The translations under genes and the position numbers were made by a program. A stretch of DNA of 64,000 nt from assembly GCA_028864975.1 (NCBI GenBank), contig JAGWLG010000012.1, positions 15,745-79,744 of the forward strand. Direction: 5' to 3'. How positions within the stretch are numbered: the stretch's first letter is position 1; every line of letters starts with the position of its first letter. Shown in pieces: positions 54,192 through 63,789 of the stretch. The notes beneath the pieces are model-generated. The model saw nothing but the letters and a program-made list of their open reading frames with translations. It was not told the origin of the DNA and did no database searches. This DNA is from Thermoplasmata archaeon (GTDB lineage Archaea > Thermoplasmatota > Thermoplasmata > Lutacidiplasmatales > UBA184).

Positions 54192-55249
54192 TTTCTCCCC
54201 CACCCGAAGCCGCCAGGCCGGGCCGAGGGGGGCGCCGCGGACCCAGGAGGGCCCTCCGACTCGCCCTCTTCATCCGCCCCCACCATGCCGAGGAAGGCCC
54301 CTTCGAGGGTGGGTTCGGTGAGCGAGAGCTCCTCGATCTCGTGCGACTGGGCGACCCCCCATTGGACGATCCAGGGCAGCAGCTCCTCCGGTCGGGGAGA
54401 ACGGAAGGCGAAGACGCTTTTTTCCGCCGTCGGGGGGTCGTGCGTCGGCAGGGGGTCCGCGCCCTTTTCTTTGAGCCCCTCCTCGAAGGAACGTCCGAGG
54501 GCGAGGGGGAGCGCTTGCGCGAAGGTCACGCGCAGTTCGCGAGAGCCTCCGTAGCGGCGCTTGAGGGCGTCCGCCGTATCCACCGCCAGCAGCTGCCCCT
54601 GGTGGAGCACCGCGATCCGGTCGCAGAGCGCGTCCGCCTCGTGCAGGATGTGCGTCGTGAAGACGATCGAGAGCCCACCACGCGCCCGTTCCTTGAGGTA
54701 GCGGAGGATCCGTCGACGAGCCACCGCGTCGAGGCCCACCGTCGGTTCGTCCAAGAAGAGCAGGTCCATGTCGTGCATCAGCTCGCGCGCGACCTGGAAC
54801 CTTCGGCGCTCTCCCCCCGAGATCGCCCAGGGCTTCCGGCGGCGCACATGGCCGAGCTCGAAGAGCTCCAGCATCTCCTCGGCCCGCGCTTTGGCCGTCT
54901 CTCGGGGCACCCCCCACAGGAAGGCGTAGAGCACGAGGTTCCGTTCCACGGTCACGAAGTCCAACGAGTCGGACTGCAACACCACCCCCATGCGTGAACG
55001 CAGGGCCCGTCCCGCCTTTCGGAGGTCCTCTCCGAGGACGTAGGCCGTCCCTTCGGTGGGGGGGATCAGCGTGGTCAACAACCGGACCGTCGTGGTCTTC
55101 CCGGCACCGTTCCTCCCAAGGAGGCCCAAGACCTCTCCCCGATGCATCTCCAGGTCGAGGTGGCGTACGGCGTAGTGCCCGGGCGTGTAGGAGAATCCCA
55201 GGTCCTCCGTTCGGAGGACCACTTCGCTACCGACCACGGCGGCCACCAA
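54188..55249 (-). CDS. ABC exporter ATP-binding protein (DrrA-like)
   Basis: GRNGAGKTT, ISGGERRR, LDEPTVGLD, TTHILHEAD. Confidence 0.95.
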   Translation of the reverse strand: MVAAVVGSEVVLRTEDLGFSYTPGHYAVRHLDLEMHRGEVLGLLGRNGAGKTTTVRLLTTLIPPTEGTAYVLGEDLRKAGRALRSRMGVVLQSDSLDFVTVERNLVLYAFLWGVPRETAKARAEEMLELFELGHVRRRKPWAISGGERRRFQVARELMHDMDLLFLDEPTVGLDAVARRRILRYLKERARGGLSIVFTTHILHEADALCDRIAVLHQGQLLAVDTADALKRRYGGSRELRVTFAQALPLALGRSFEEGLKEKGADPLPTHDPPTAEKSVFAFRSPRPEELLPWIVQWGVAQSHEIEELSLTEPTLEGAFLGMVGADEEGESEGPPGSAAPPSARPGGFGWGRK

Positions 55250-55379
55250 GGGAGCTTGGAAAGAGCTGGGGATAAAGCGAGGTTGTTGGGAGCGTGACCC
55301 GAGGCGGAGGGGGCGCCCTCCCTTCGCGCTCTACTCGGGGGGCGCCGTCCTCTATATCGGTCCGACCCTTCGGTCTGGC

Positions 55380-56186
55380 GTGCCCGGGAGAGGGAAAAGT
55401 CGAAGGAGCCAAAGGAAGAGGGGGGAGGTCTACCACCTCAAGCTCGCCCCGGGGGACCTACCCCCGACCGTCATCGTTCCAGGGGACGTCGACCGCGTTG
55501 AGAAGATCGCCGCGAGCTGGGAGCGGTCGGAGTTCCTGGCCCGTCGACGCCAGTTCGTGAGCTACCGCGGGCGCTACCACGGGGCGGAGCTCGGGGTCGT
55601 CAGCTCGGGGATCGGAGGCCCGGCGATGTCGATCACCGTGGAGGAGCTCGCCCGTCTGGGCGTTCGGACGATCCTGCGGGTGGGCAGTTGCGGGGCGCTC
55701 CAGTCCGGCATGCGCTTGGGCGACCTGGTCGTGACGAAGGCGGCGGTGAGGTTCGATGGCGCGAGCCAGGCGTACGCTCCTCCGGGGTATCCCGCGTCCG
55801 CCGACCCGGAGGCCTACCTGGCCCTGATGGACTGTGCGGAGGAGCTCCGGGTCCGCCATCACGGAGGCATCACCGCCTCCTTCGACACCTTCTACGTCGG
55901 GCAGGCCCGCCCGGGGTACCAAGGATTCCTACCCTCCGCGCACCGAGCGATGATGGAGGAGCTACGCCGGCTCCGCGTGGTGAGCGTCGAGATGGAGGCG
56001 GCGACGCTCCTGACCGTCGCCAACGTCTACGGTCTGCGCGCCGGGGTCGTGTGCGCGGTCTACTCGGTCGGCGACCGCGATGCTCTCGTTCCCGCGGGAG
56101 AAGAGCAGGCCATCCGTGTGGCGAACGAAGCGGCGCGCCGCCTATCGGCGCCACGTCCGCCGCGAAGGCGCTCCGATACGCTTTAG
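55380..56186 (+). CDS. udp: Uridine phosphorylase (NP-I family)
   Basis: YHLKL..GD, PGD..RV, SSGIGGP, RVGSCGALQ, EMEAATL; CTATAT upstream. Confidence 0.85.
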   Translation: MPGRGKSRRSQRKRGEVYHLKLAPGDLPPTVIVPGDVDRVEKIAASWERSEFLARRRQFVSYRGRYHGAELGVVSSGIGGPAMSITVEELARLGVRTILRVGSCGALQSGMRLGDLVVTKAAVRFDGASQAYAPPGYPASADPEAYLALMDCAEELRVRHHGGITASFDTFYVGQARPGYQGFLPSAHRAMMEELRRLRVVSVEMEAATLLTVANVYGLRAGVVCAVYSVGDRDALVPAGEEQAIRVANEAARRLSAPRPPRRRSDTL

Positions 56187-56215
56187 ACCGGCGGCCGACC
56201 TTGGTGAAGCAGACC

Positions 56216-59200
56216 ATGGGATCGCGGTCCGTACCCCCCTGCCCCCGTTCGGAGCGGCGGGGTCTTCGTGGTCTTCCGTATCTCCTCTTGTCCACCTTCC
56301 TCCTGCTCCTTCTCCTCCTTTCCGCCTCGGCGCCGCTCCCGGCGGTCCACGCGACCCCCCGCCCAGCACTGGCCTCGGACGCCTCCCACCTTTCCGCCTC
56401 CGGCGCTCCGAACCCCCTCGCCAGGGCGGGGCACCCCTGGTCCCCCGCGATCGGACGACCTCCTCCTGGATCGACCCACGGTTCCTCCGATGCTCCGCAC
56501 ACAGGTGCCCCCGGATGGTCCGCGCTCTGCAACCCGTGCAGTCCGGGTGCCGTGGTGGCGGGAGCGATGGCCTACGACCCCGTGGACGGCTATGTCGTCC
56601 TCTTCGGCGGTTACAACGCAACCGCAGGGGCCTTCAGCGGAACGACCTGGATGTACCACGCCGGGGCGTGGACCGTGCTGTGCACCCTCTGCGGCCCCGC
56701 GCCCCGATCGTATGCCTCGATGACCTTCGATGCGGCCGACGGGGTGATCGTCCTGTTCGGGGGTTTCAACGGCGCCCCTCTCGGAGACACCTGGACCTTC
56801 CGAGGAGGGTCATGGACCCAACGCTGCTCCCCGTGCGCGCCCCCCGCAAGGAGCGCGGCCTCCCTGGCCTACGACGCGGGCGACGGACTCACCGTCCTGT
56901 TCGGCGGATGTGGCGCGACCTGCCCGCTGGGGGACGCCTGGAGCTACCGGGGCGGGACCTGGTCGGCCCTTTGCGGGGGGAGCTGCCCGGTCCCTGCGCG
57001 GCAGAACGCCTCCATGGCCTACGACCCTGCGGACCGCGAGGTCGTCCTGTTCGGAGGCTCGAGCTCCGGGGGGGACCTCAGCGATGGCTGGACGTTCCGC
57101 GGCGGAAGCTGGAGTGCGCTATGCGTCCACTGCGCCCCTCCCGCGCGACACGGAGGCTCGATGGCCTACGACACGTCGGACGGATACCTTCTGCTCTTTG
57201 GCGGCTACAACGCTTCGACCTCCGCCTACCTCTTCGACACGTGGGAGTTCCTCGATGGCAGCTTCGTTTCGCTCACCCTCGCCGCCTCGCCTCCGGCCCG
57301 CGAGCTGGGATCCGTGGCCGATGATGTCTCCGACGGCGCCCTGCTGCTCTTCTCGGGAACCAACGGTGCTGCCCTGTCCGACGCCTGGGGGTTCCACTAC
57401 GGTCTCAGCGCCGCAGCTCCGGTCCCGACCCCGGCTTCGGTGGACGTCGGTCAAACGGTGAGCTTCGACAGCGTCGTGTCCGGTGGGAGCGCGCCGTATG
57501 CCTACACCTGGAGCGGGCTCCCCACGGGGTGCTCCTCGTCCAACGCGGACCCGCTCTCCTGCACCCCGACGGGGATCACGACGAACACGACGTTCCCGGT
57601 CCGGGTCTTCGTCAGCGATACCAGCGGAACCGTCGTCGAGAGCCCTCGGCTCAATCTGACGGTCCACGCGGACCCGGTCGAAGGGGGGATCCTCCCCTCC
57701 CCGGCCTCAGGGGGCGCGGACGACGGCCAGAACATTAGCTTCTCGGCGCAGGTCTCCGGAGGGTCGGGGGGGTACAGCTTCGCGTGGAGCGGACTCCCCA
57801 CAGGATGCGCGGGCTCGAACTCAAAGGTCGTGCGATGTGTGCCCTCCGGGGTCGCGGTGAACGCGACCTTCTCGGTCAGCGTGGTCGCGACCGATAGCAA
57901 TGGGGGATCGGCCACCAGTCCCCTGCTCTCCTACCTCGTGGATTCCCTCCCCACCGTGGCGACCCCGTGGGCCTCCGCCGCCTCCGTGGAAGTGGGCTCC
58001 GCGGTCACGTTCCAAAGTGCCGCGTGGAACGGGTCGGGAGGGTACCATTGGACTTGGATGGGCCTGCCCTCGGGTTGCACATCCTCGAACGCTCCGGTGC
58101 TCGCCTGCCGGCCTTCCGGCGTGCCGCTCAACAACACTTTCCCGGTCCAGGCGGCCGTGCGGGACACGAACGGGGTCTGGGTCGTGAGCAGCTCGTTCTC
58201 GCTCTTCGTGGTGGCCGGGCCCTCGGTGAGCGTTCCGAGAGCGACACCCGCGCTCATCGACCTTGGCCAGACCGTCAACCTCTCCGTGGTCGCGGGCGGC
58301 GGCGTGGGGAACTATGTCTTCCAGTGGCTGAACCTCCCCTCGGGATGCGCGAGCGCGGATGCGCCCACGATCTCTTGCCGCCCCACCGGGGTGCTGACGA
58401 ACTCGACCTACCTCATCTCGGTGAACGTCACCGATGGCAACGGGCGGTACGTCGTGAGCGGTCCGCTCTTCCTGCAGGTCGACGCGGACCCCTTCATCTC
58501 GTCCTTTTCGGCCTCGGCGGTGGCTCTGGACGCAGGGCAGAACACGACCTTCTCCGTCTCCGTCACGGGAGGAGCGGGAGGATACGGCTTCACATGGGCG
58601 GGGTTGCCGACCGGTTGCGTCGGGGTGAACTCTGTCAGGCTCGTCTGTGAGCCCTCACCGACCCTTTCGGTGAACTCCACCTTCGTCGTCCGGGTGCGAG
58701 CGACCGACTCCACCGGCTTCGTGCTCACGTCGGGACCGCTCACGCTCCAGGTCGACATCGCTCCCCGGCTCTCGGCCATCTGGGCGAGCCCCCGCTCGCT
58801 CGATGCCGGACAGAACCTCTCCCTTCTCGAGAACGTGACGGGCGGGAGCGGAGGGTACATCCTCTCGTGGTGGGGCCTCCCCTCGGGCTGCGGATCGGCC
58901 GATGTTCTGAGGATCGTCTGCCACCCTTCGGGGGTGAGCGTGAACGCCACCGACCGGGTCTGGGCGACCGTTCGGGACTCCAACGGCCTGTTGGTCCAGG
59001 GGCCGCTGGTGACGGTGACCGTGGAGGCGTGGCCCTCAGTGGCGACACCGACCGCCTCGGTGTCCCCCCAGGAGGTCGGCGGACCCCTGGTGATCTCCAC
59101 GGAGGCCACGCTGGGGTCGGGCAGCTACGCCTTCCACTGGTCGGGTCTCCCCGCTGGATGCTCGGCCGCCGTCGGTCCCGTCGTCGACTGCACCCCGACC

Positions 59201-60229
59201 CAAGCCCTCCAGGGGATGGTGGAGGTGTACGTCGTCGACGGGTACGGCGCCGTCTCCGCCTCGGCCTCCGTGAACCTCTCCATCGTCCAGGACCCCTCGA
59301 TCGTCTCCTTCTTCTCCTCTTCCGCGCCCACGACGGTCGGGAACAACATCTCCCTGACCGTGGTCACCGCGGGGGGCATCGCTCCCTTCCACTACTCCTT
59401 CTCGGGACTCCCCTCGGGTTGCGAGAGCTCGGACGCTGCTCGTATCTCCTGCGTCCCGCTCGCCACCGGGACGTTCGATGTGGAGGTGGTGGTGACCGAT
59501 GCTCACGGGTTCACCGCCAGTTCTTCGCTCTCCCTGCAGGTGCTCCATCGTCCCGCTGCGGTCGGGATCTTCGGGCTCTCGGGACCTTACGGCTACCTGC
59601 TGCTGGGGGGGGTGGTGGCAGGGATCGGCGTCGGGCTCTTCGTCGCCATCCCCATGCTGCGGCATCGCCGCCCTGAGGAGGAAGCTCCGGAGGAACGAGA
59701 AGTAACCGGGGGCGAGGAGGGGGGTACAGAGAGCTCCGAGGTCGAACTTCCGGTCGAGGAGGTCTCCGAGGGCGCGGAGCTAGCCCCGGCCCAACAGAGC
59801 CGGCCCGAAGAGCTTCAAGCTCCCTCGGACGACGAGTTCCCGACCTCCTCTGCGGTTCCCTCGTCCACGGGGGTCCCCCTCTTCCCGCTCGCCCTCTCCA
59901 CCGAGGCAGGGCTGGAACCATCGGGGGAGCCCCCCGCTCCCCCCCTGGAAGGACCGGCCGCCTTCGGCGCCGCAGAGGTTCCAGTGTCACTCCTTCCAAG
60001 ACCTTCGGTGGTCGAAGCTCCTCCCGAAGAGGAGGCGGCCGTTTCGACCGGGCGCCCCGATGCTGGCGCCCAGGAGCGGGCCAGGGCCCCTCCTGGGGTC
60101 CGACATTGCCCGCTGTGCGGAAGTCCCCTCAGCGAACAGTCCGTCTGCCGCTCCTGTGAGCTGGACTGGTCGAAGCTGCAGATCGAGGGTCGCACCGACA
60201 CCTTGAAGCGGAAGCGCCCGCGCCCGTAG
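56216..60229 (+). CDS. Cell-surface glycoprotein (1337 aa), paralog of the giant protein: 6 Kelch-like blades, 8 Ig/PKD repeats, TM, acidic Pro-rich tail, zinc ribbon
   Basis: Signal peptide YLLLSTFLLLLLLLSASA; same blade and Ig consensus as 10020-22508; TM YLLLGGVVAGIGVGLFVAIPML; CPLC..CRSC; ATG 56216. Confidence 0.9.
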   Translation: MGSRSVPPCPRSERRGLRGLPYLLLSTFLLLLLLLSASAPLPAVHATPRPALASDASHLSASGAPNPLARAGHPWSPAIGRPPPGSTHGSSDAPHTGAPGWSALCNPCSPGAVVAGAMAYDPVDGYVVLFGGYNATAGAFSGTTWMYHAGAWTVLCTLCGPAPRSYASMTFDAADGVIVLFGGFNGAPLGDTWTFRGGSWTQRCSPCAPPARSAASLAYDAGDGLTVLFGGCGATCPLGDAWSYRGGTWSALCGGSCPVPARQNASMAYDPADREVVLFGGSSSGGDLSDGWTFRGGSWSALCVHCAPPARHGGSMAYDTSDGYLLLFGGYNASTSAYLFDTWEFLDGSFVSLTLAASPPARELGSVADDVSDGALLLFSGTNGAALSDAWGFHYGLSAAAPVPTPASVDVGQTVSFDSVVSGGSAPYAYTWSGLPTGCSSSNADPLSCTPTGITTNTTFPVRVFVSDTSGTVVESPRLNLTVHADPVEGGILPSPASGGADDGQNISFSAQVSGGSGGYSFAWSGLPTGCAGSNSKVVRCVPSGVAVNATFSVSVVATDSNGGSATSPLLSYLVDSLPTVATPWASAASVEVGSAVTFQSAAWNGSGGYHWTWMGLPSGCTSSNAPVLACRPSGVPLNNTFPVQAAVRDTNGVWVVSSSFSLFVVAGPSVSVPRATPALIDLGQTVNLSVVAGGGVGNYVFQWLNLPSGCASADAPTISCRPTGVLTNSTYLISVNVTDGNGRYVVSGPLFLQVDADPFISSFSASAVALDAGQNTTFSVSVTGGAGGYGFTWAGLPTGCVGVNSVRLVCEPSPTLSVNSTFVVRVRATDSTGFVLTSGPLTLQVDIAPRLSAIWASPRSLDAGQNLSLLENVTGGSGGYILSWWGLPSGCGSADVLRIVCHPSGVSVNATDRVWATVRDSNGLLVQGPLVTVTVEAWPSVATPTASVSPQEVGGPLVISTEATLGSGSYAFHWSGLPAGCSAAVGPVVDCTPTQALQGMVEVYVVDGYGAVSASASVNLSIVQDPSIVSFFSSSAPTTVGNNISLTVVTAGGIAPFHYSFSGLPSGCESSDAARISCVPLATGTFDVEVVVTDAHGFTASSSLSLQVLHRPAAVGIFGLSGPYGYLLLGGVVAGIGVGLFVAIPMLRHRRPEEEAPEEREVTGGEEGGTESSEVELPVEEVSEGAELAPAQQSRPEELQAPSDDEFPTSSAVPSSTGVPLFPLALSTEAGLEPSGEPPAPPLEGPAAFGAAEVPVSLLPRPSVVEAPPEEEAAVSTGRPDAGAQERARAPPGVRHCPLCGSPLSEQSVCRSCELDWSKLQIEGRTDTLKRKRPRP

Positions 60230-60270
60230 CTCCCACCTCCTTTTATCCGACGGAAAGGTGCGAACAACCC

Positions 60271-61272
60271 GTGGGCGACCAGGACCTTGCGGGCGGTCTG
60301 CTCGAAGAGCAGGGCTACCAGCTGACCGGGAAGCATTCCGCCGTGAAGGTGTGCTACTGGACGACCAAGGCCCTGACCGAGGGCCGCCACTGCTACAAAG
60401 GGCGTTTCTACGGCATCGAGAGCCACCGATGCATGCAGATGAGCCCGTCCATCGACGCCTGCAATCTCCACTGCCGGTTCTGCTGGCGGTACCAAGGATG
60501 GGAGGAGGAGGACACGATGAAGGAGTTCGACGACCCCGCCACGCTCCTCAAGAAGTCCCTGGAGGCTCAGAAGCTCCTGTTGAGCGGGTTCGGGGGCAAT
60601 CCGAACGTGGACCGAGCCACTTGGGAGGAGGCGAACCGCCCTCGGCACGTTGCGATCTCGCTCACAGGGGAACCCACGCTCTATCCGATGCTTTCCGAGT
60701 ACCTTCGACTTTGCCACGAGAAGGGCATCACGACCTTTCTCGTCACGAACGGTACCCACCCCGATGCCCTTCGCCACCTCGATCCCTTGCCGACCCAACT
60801 GTACTGCTCCGTGACCGCGCCGAACCGCGAGGTCTTCCAGCGCCTCACCCTGCCCGCCCAGGAGGACGCCTGGGACCGCCTGCTGGAGAGCCTCGAGGTC
60901 CTTCGCGGGCTTAGGACGCGACGGGTCATCCGGCACACCCTGGTCAAAGGATGGAACCTAGGTTGGGAAGAGCAGTACGCCGAGCTCGACGGGATGGCCC
61001 AACCGGATTTCATCGAGCCGAAGGGGTACGTCTACATGGGACGCTCGCGCCAGCGGCTCACCCGGGACCACGTTCCCGAACATCCGGACATCCAGAGGTT
61101 CGCCTCCCGGTTGTCCGAGCTGACGGGGTATCCCGTTGTGGACGAGTCGCCCGAGTCGAAGGTGCTCCTCCTGGCCAAAGACCCGGAGCGTCGCTGGCTT
61201 CCGGGTCGCGCTCCTTCCGAGCGAAAGGTCCCGGAGCCTGAAGGGCCCCGCTTGCACGTCATCGCCTCCTAG
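60271..61272 (+). CDS. tyw1: 4-demethylwyosine synthase (radical SAM)
   Basis: HSAVKVCYWT, CYKGRFYGIESHRC, CNLHCRFCWR, HVAISLTGEPTLY, FLVTNG, EPKGY; CTTTTAT upstream. Confidence 0.95.
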   Translation: MGDQDLAGGLLEEQGYQLTGKHSAVKVCYWTTKALTEGRHCYKGRFYGIESHRCMQMSPSIDACNLHCRFCWRYQGWEEEDTMKEFDDPATLLKKSLEAQKLLLSGFGGNPNVDRATWEEANRPRHVAISLTGEPTLYPMLSEYLRLCHEKGITTFLVTNGTHPDALRHLDPLPTQLYCSVTAPNREVFQRLTLPAQEDAWDRLLESLEVLRGLRTRRVIRHTLVKGWNLGWEEQYAELDGMAQPDFIEPKGYVYMGRSRQRLTRDHVPEHPDIQRFASRLSELTGYPVVDESPESKVLLLAKDPERRWLPGRAPSERKVPEPEGPRLHVIAS

Positions 61273-61302
61273 GGCGGGCGACGCTCCGGTTCTCTTCGAC
61301 CG

Positions 61303-61665
61303 CTACGCGTAGTGGCTCATCGCGGCCTTCTCGCGCTTCTGGACCTCGGCGCTGCTGGCCTCCGGTCGCTCGTGGGCCTTGCGCTCGGCCTCGCACTCGC
61401 GCTCGGTGACCCACTTGAAATGGACGGACTCCGGGTGGTCATGGGCAAAGTAGGCCCCCGCCTCAAAGGCGCTCGAGAGGAGCTCTTCCATGTTCTCCTC
61501 GTCCTGTCCCTCCAGCCTTCCCACCGTCCTCCAGTACCAATCCGGGGCCTTTCCCGCCATCTGCAGGTACTCGGTCACGAGGTCGTAGATGGAGGTGCTC
61601 TCCTCGTGGAGCCGAACGTGCAGGTGCTTTCGGGGTTCGGGCGGAGTGGAGGGGTGGGCCACCAT
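61303..61665 (-). CDS. Hypothetical protein (120 aa)
   Basis: High-GC3 frame; ATATA about 25 bp upstream of ATG 61665. Confidence 0.7.
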   Translation of the reverse strand: MVAHPSTPPEPRKHLHVRLHEESTSIYDLVTEYLQMAGKAPDWYWRTVGRLEGQDEENMEELLSSAFEAGAYFAHDHPESVHFKWVTERECEAERKAHERPEASSAEVQKREKAAMSHYA

Positions 61666-61759
61666 CGCGCCCTCGAGCGCACTCCGGGTATATGGCACCT
61701 TCAATCGGCTCGGGTGGCCGTCGATGCTCGCGCCGAAGGGTTGAAGGCCGAGACCGGCT

Positions 61760-62146
61760 TTGCTCGTCGGAACACCCGTGGCGACCTCCCCTCCTACTGC
61801 ACGCCGGATCTACCTCACCCAGAGGCTGGTGAACAAGCAGATCACGATGGAGGAGGCGACCGAGCTCTTCACGCTCATGAACCGCGAGGTCGACCGCTTG
61901 AACCGGCAGGTCGTCGCGGTGGCCGGCGTCCCAGCAGCTCCCGGGGGAAGGTCGCCGCCGCCCCCGCCGCCGGGCTGGGCCCCGAAGGGGCTAGGGCCCG
62001 ACAATCTCGAAGAGCTTCTGCTCATCGGCGGTCCCCTCCTCGGGATCCTCGCCGCGCTCATGAAGCGCAGCGGGCTCGACGCTCTCGGGAGCCCACCTTC
62101 CAAGACCCTCCGGTCGGGCGAAGGGGCCTCCGGCTCGAGCGGGTAG
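61760..62146 (+). CDS. Hypothetical protein with Pro-rich linker and hydrophobic C-terminal helix
   Basis: Coding-like frame; start uncertain. Confidence 0.6.
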   Translation: MLVGTPVATSPPTARRIYLTQRLVNKQITMEEATELFTLMNREVDRLNRQVVAVAGVPAAPGGRSPPPPPPGWAPKGLGPDNLEELLLIGGPLLGILAALMKRSGLDALGSPPSKTLRSGEGASGSSG

Positions 62147-62162
62147 GCCGAGGTCCGGGCCG

Positions 62163-62651
62163 ATGCCCTGCTTCACCGTCGTCATGGACCTGGAGAAGGT
62201 CCCCCCGACCTTCGTCGCAGATTGGTGGAACGACTACGGTCCCTCGGACACGACCCTGACCGACGACCTGGAACGGAGGACGGTGGAGAAGCTCGACGAC
62301 CGGCGCCAGAGGGTCGTCACGGACCTCCACTACGGCAGGTACGCGGTACGGGTGGACGGCATCGTGACGAGGGACTCTCGGACGACATGGAGCTTGGACG
62401 GCGACCTGTACGTTCGGGGACGCGCGTTCGCGAAGGAGCTGGTCGATTTCCGAGTTGATGGTGTGGGTCCCGGCTCCCGCCTGATCGCGAGGTTCGCTTT
62501 CCGGGGGAAGGACCCGTTCCGTTCGCTGGCGCTGACGTTCCTCCGGGGGAAGCTCCGTCGCGGACGTGAGGAGGCCTACCGAGCGTACGCTCACGCGATC
62601 GTCAGGGATTTCGCTGCCGCTCAGCAAGGGCGCCCGGCCGCGGGACCCTAG
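62163..62651 (+). CDS. Hypothetical protein, possibly helix-grip (SRPBCC/START-like) fold
   Basis: Alternating beta strands followed by a long C-terminal helix; fold guess only. Confidence 0.55.
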   Translation: MPCFTVVMDLEKVPPTFVADWWNDYGPSDTTLTDDLERRTVEKLDDRRQRVVTDLHYGRYAVRVDGIVTRDSRTTWSLDGDLYVRGRAFAKELVDFRVDGVGPGSRLIARFAFRGKDPFRSLALTFLRGKLRRGREEAYRAYAHAIVRDFAAAQQGRPAAGP

Positions 62652-62660
62652 GTCCTGGAC

Positions 62661-63776
62661 TCAGCCCAGGAGCTGCGAGAACTCTTCGCTTCCCAGCGGA
62701 GAACGCCGGGAAAGCGCCAGGTTCTCCTCGACGTGGGCCGGGTCCTTCTGGCCCACCAGTGGGGCGAGGTGGTGGGGCGCGGACCGCGCGAACTGTAGCG
62801 CGCTCTGGGACGCACTGAGACCGGGGACCGATCCCGGCCCGTGGCAGAGCTCTCCCTGGAGCAAAGGTACGGAGGAGAACGTGCCGAGCCGGAGGTGGTG
62901 CGCGGCGTCGAGGAGCGTCATGCGGTCCTCGCCCACTCTCTGGTTGCGCAGGGTGGCCGCCTCCGCCATCATCCGGTTCAAGGGGAACTGGAGGAAGCGG
63001 AAGCCGTGCTCCTTCCCGCCCGCCTCCTCGGCCACCCGGACCACCTCGTCGAGCGAAAGGTGACCTGTCTCGCCGCGGGCCTTGCGCAGGGAGTCCCAGG
63101 TGGCGAGGCCGTAGCTCACGAGGCGACCCTTGCGGCGTGCCTCCTCAAAGAAGTCGAACGCGCCTCGAAGCCGCTCGAAGAAGACCTTCTTCCCGACCTC
63201 TTCGAGCTGGGCCTCCGCGGCATTGTGAAGATAGAGCAGGTCGACGCAGGAGACCCCCAAGTTCCGCAAGCTTCGGGCCAGCTGGTCCCGGAGGTAGTTC
63301 CGGCTCATCGCGTGGCTGCCCCCGACGATGTCCTGGGGGGTCAGGGCCCCGGTGCCGATGAGCTCCTGCTGGACGTAGTCGCGAGGGGAGAGCCCGCTCT
63401 CGGCGTCCGGGGCAAGGTAGCCGTTCTTCGTGGAGATGAGGAGGTGTTGCCGCGAGACGAGACCCTGTTCGATGGCCCTCGTGAGCGCCCTCCCCACCGA
63501 ACGCTCTGCCCGTTGGTAACGGTAGTTGATCGCGGTGTCCAGCACGTTGACCGCGCCGGTGCGGAGCGAAGAGAGGACCGCGTCCTCCACGGCGCCGTCG
63601 GTCCGCGCGTCGCTGTTCCCAAGATACGTGCCCATCCCCAGGCTGGAGACCGTAAGCCCCCCGAATGTCCGGAAGTGCTCTGCCGAGACCTTCCCGGTTC
63701 CGACCGCGCGCTGCGCGAACTCGCGCGTGCCCTCCTCCGTCGCATGCCCCGCGACCTCCCTCCCGGTGCTCGACAT
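62661..63776 (-). CDS. Aldo/keto reductase
   Basis: LGMGTYLG, DTAINYR, ISTKNG, DLLYLHN, QFP.N; ATG 63776. Confidence 0.9.
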   Translation of the reverse strand: MSSTGREVAGHATEEGTREFAQRAVGTGKVSAEHFRTFGGLTVSSLGMGTYLGNSDARTDGAVEDAVLSSLRTGAVNVLDTAINYRYQRAERSVGRALTRAIEQGLVSRQHLLISTKNGYLAPDAESGLSPRDYVQQELIGTGALTPQDIVGGSHAMSRNYLRDQLARSLRNLGVSCVDLLYLHNAAEAQLEEVGKKVFFERLRGAFDFFEEARRKGRLVSYGLATWDSLRKARGETGHLSLDEVVRVAEEAGGKEHGFRFLQFPLNRMMAEAATLRNQRVGEDRMTLLDAAHHLRLGTFSSVPLLQGELCHGPGSVPGLSASQSALQFARSAPHHLAPLVGQKDPAHVEENLALSRRSPLGSEEFSQLLG

Positions 63777-63789
63777 AGTATTCCCGACC

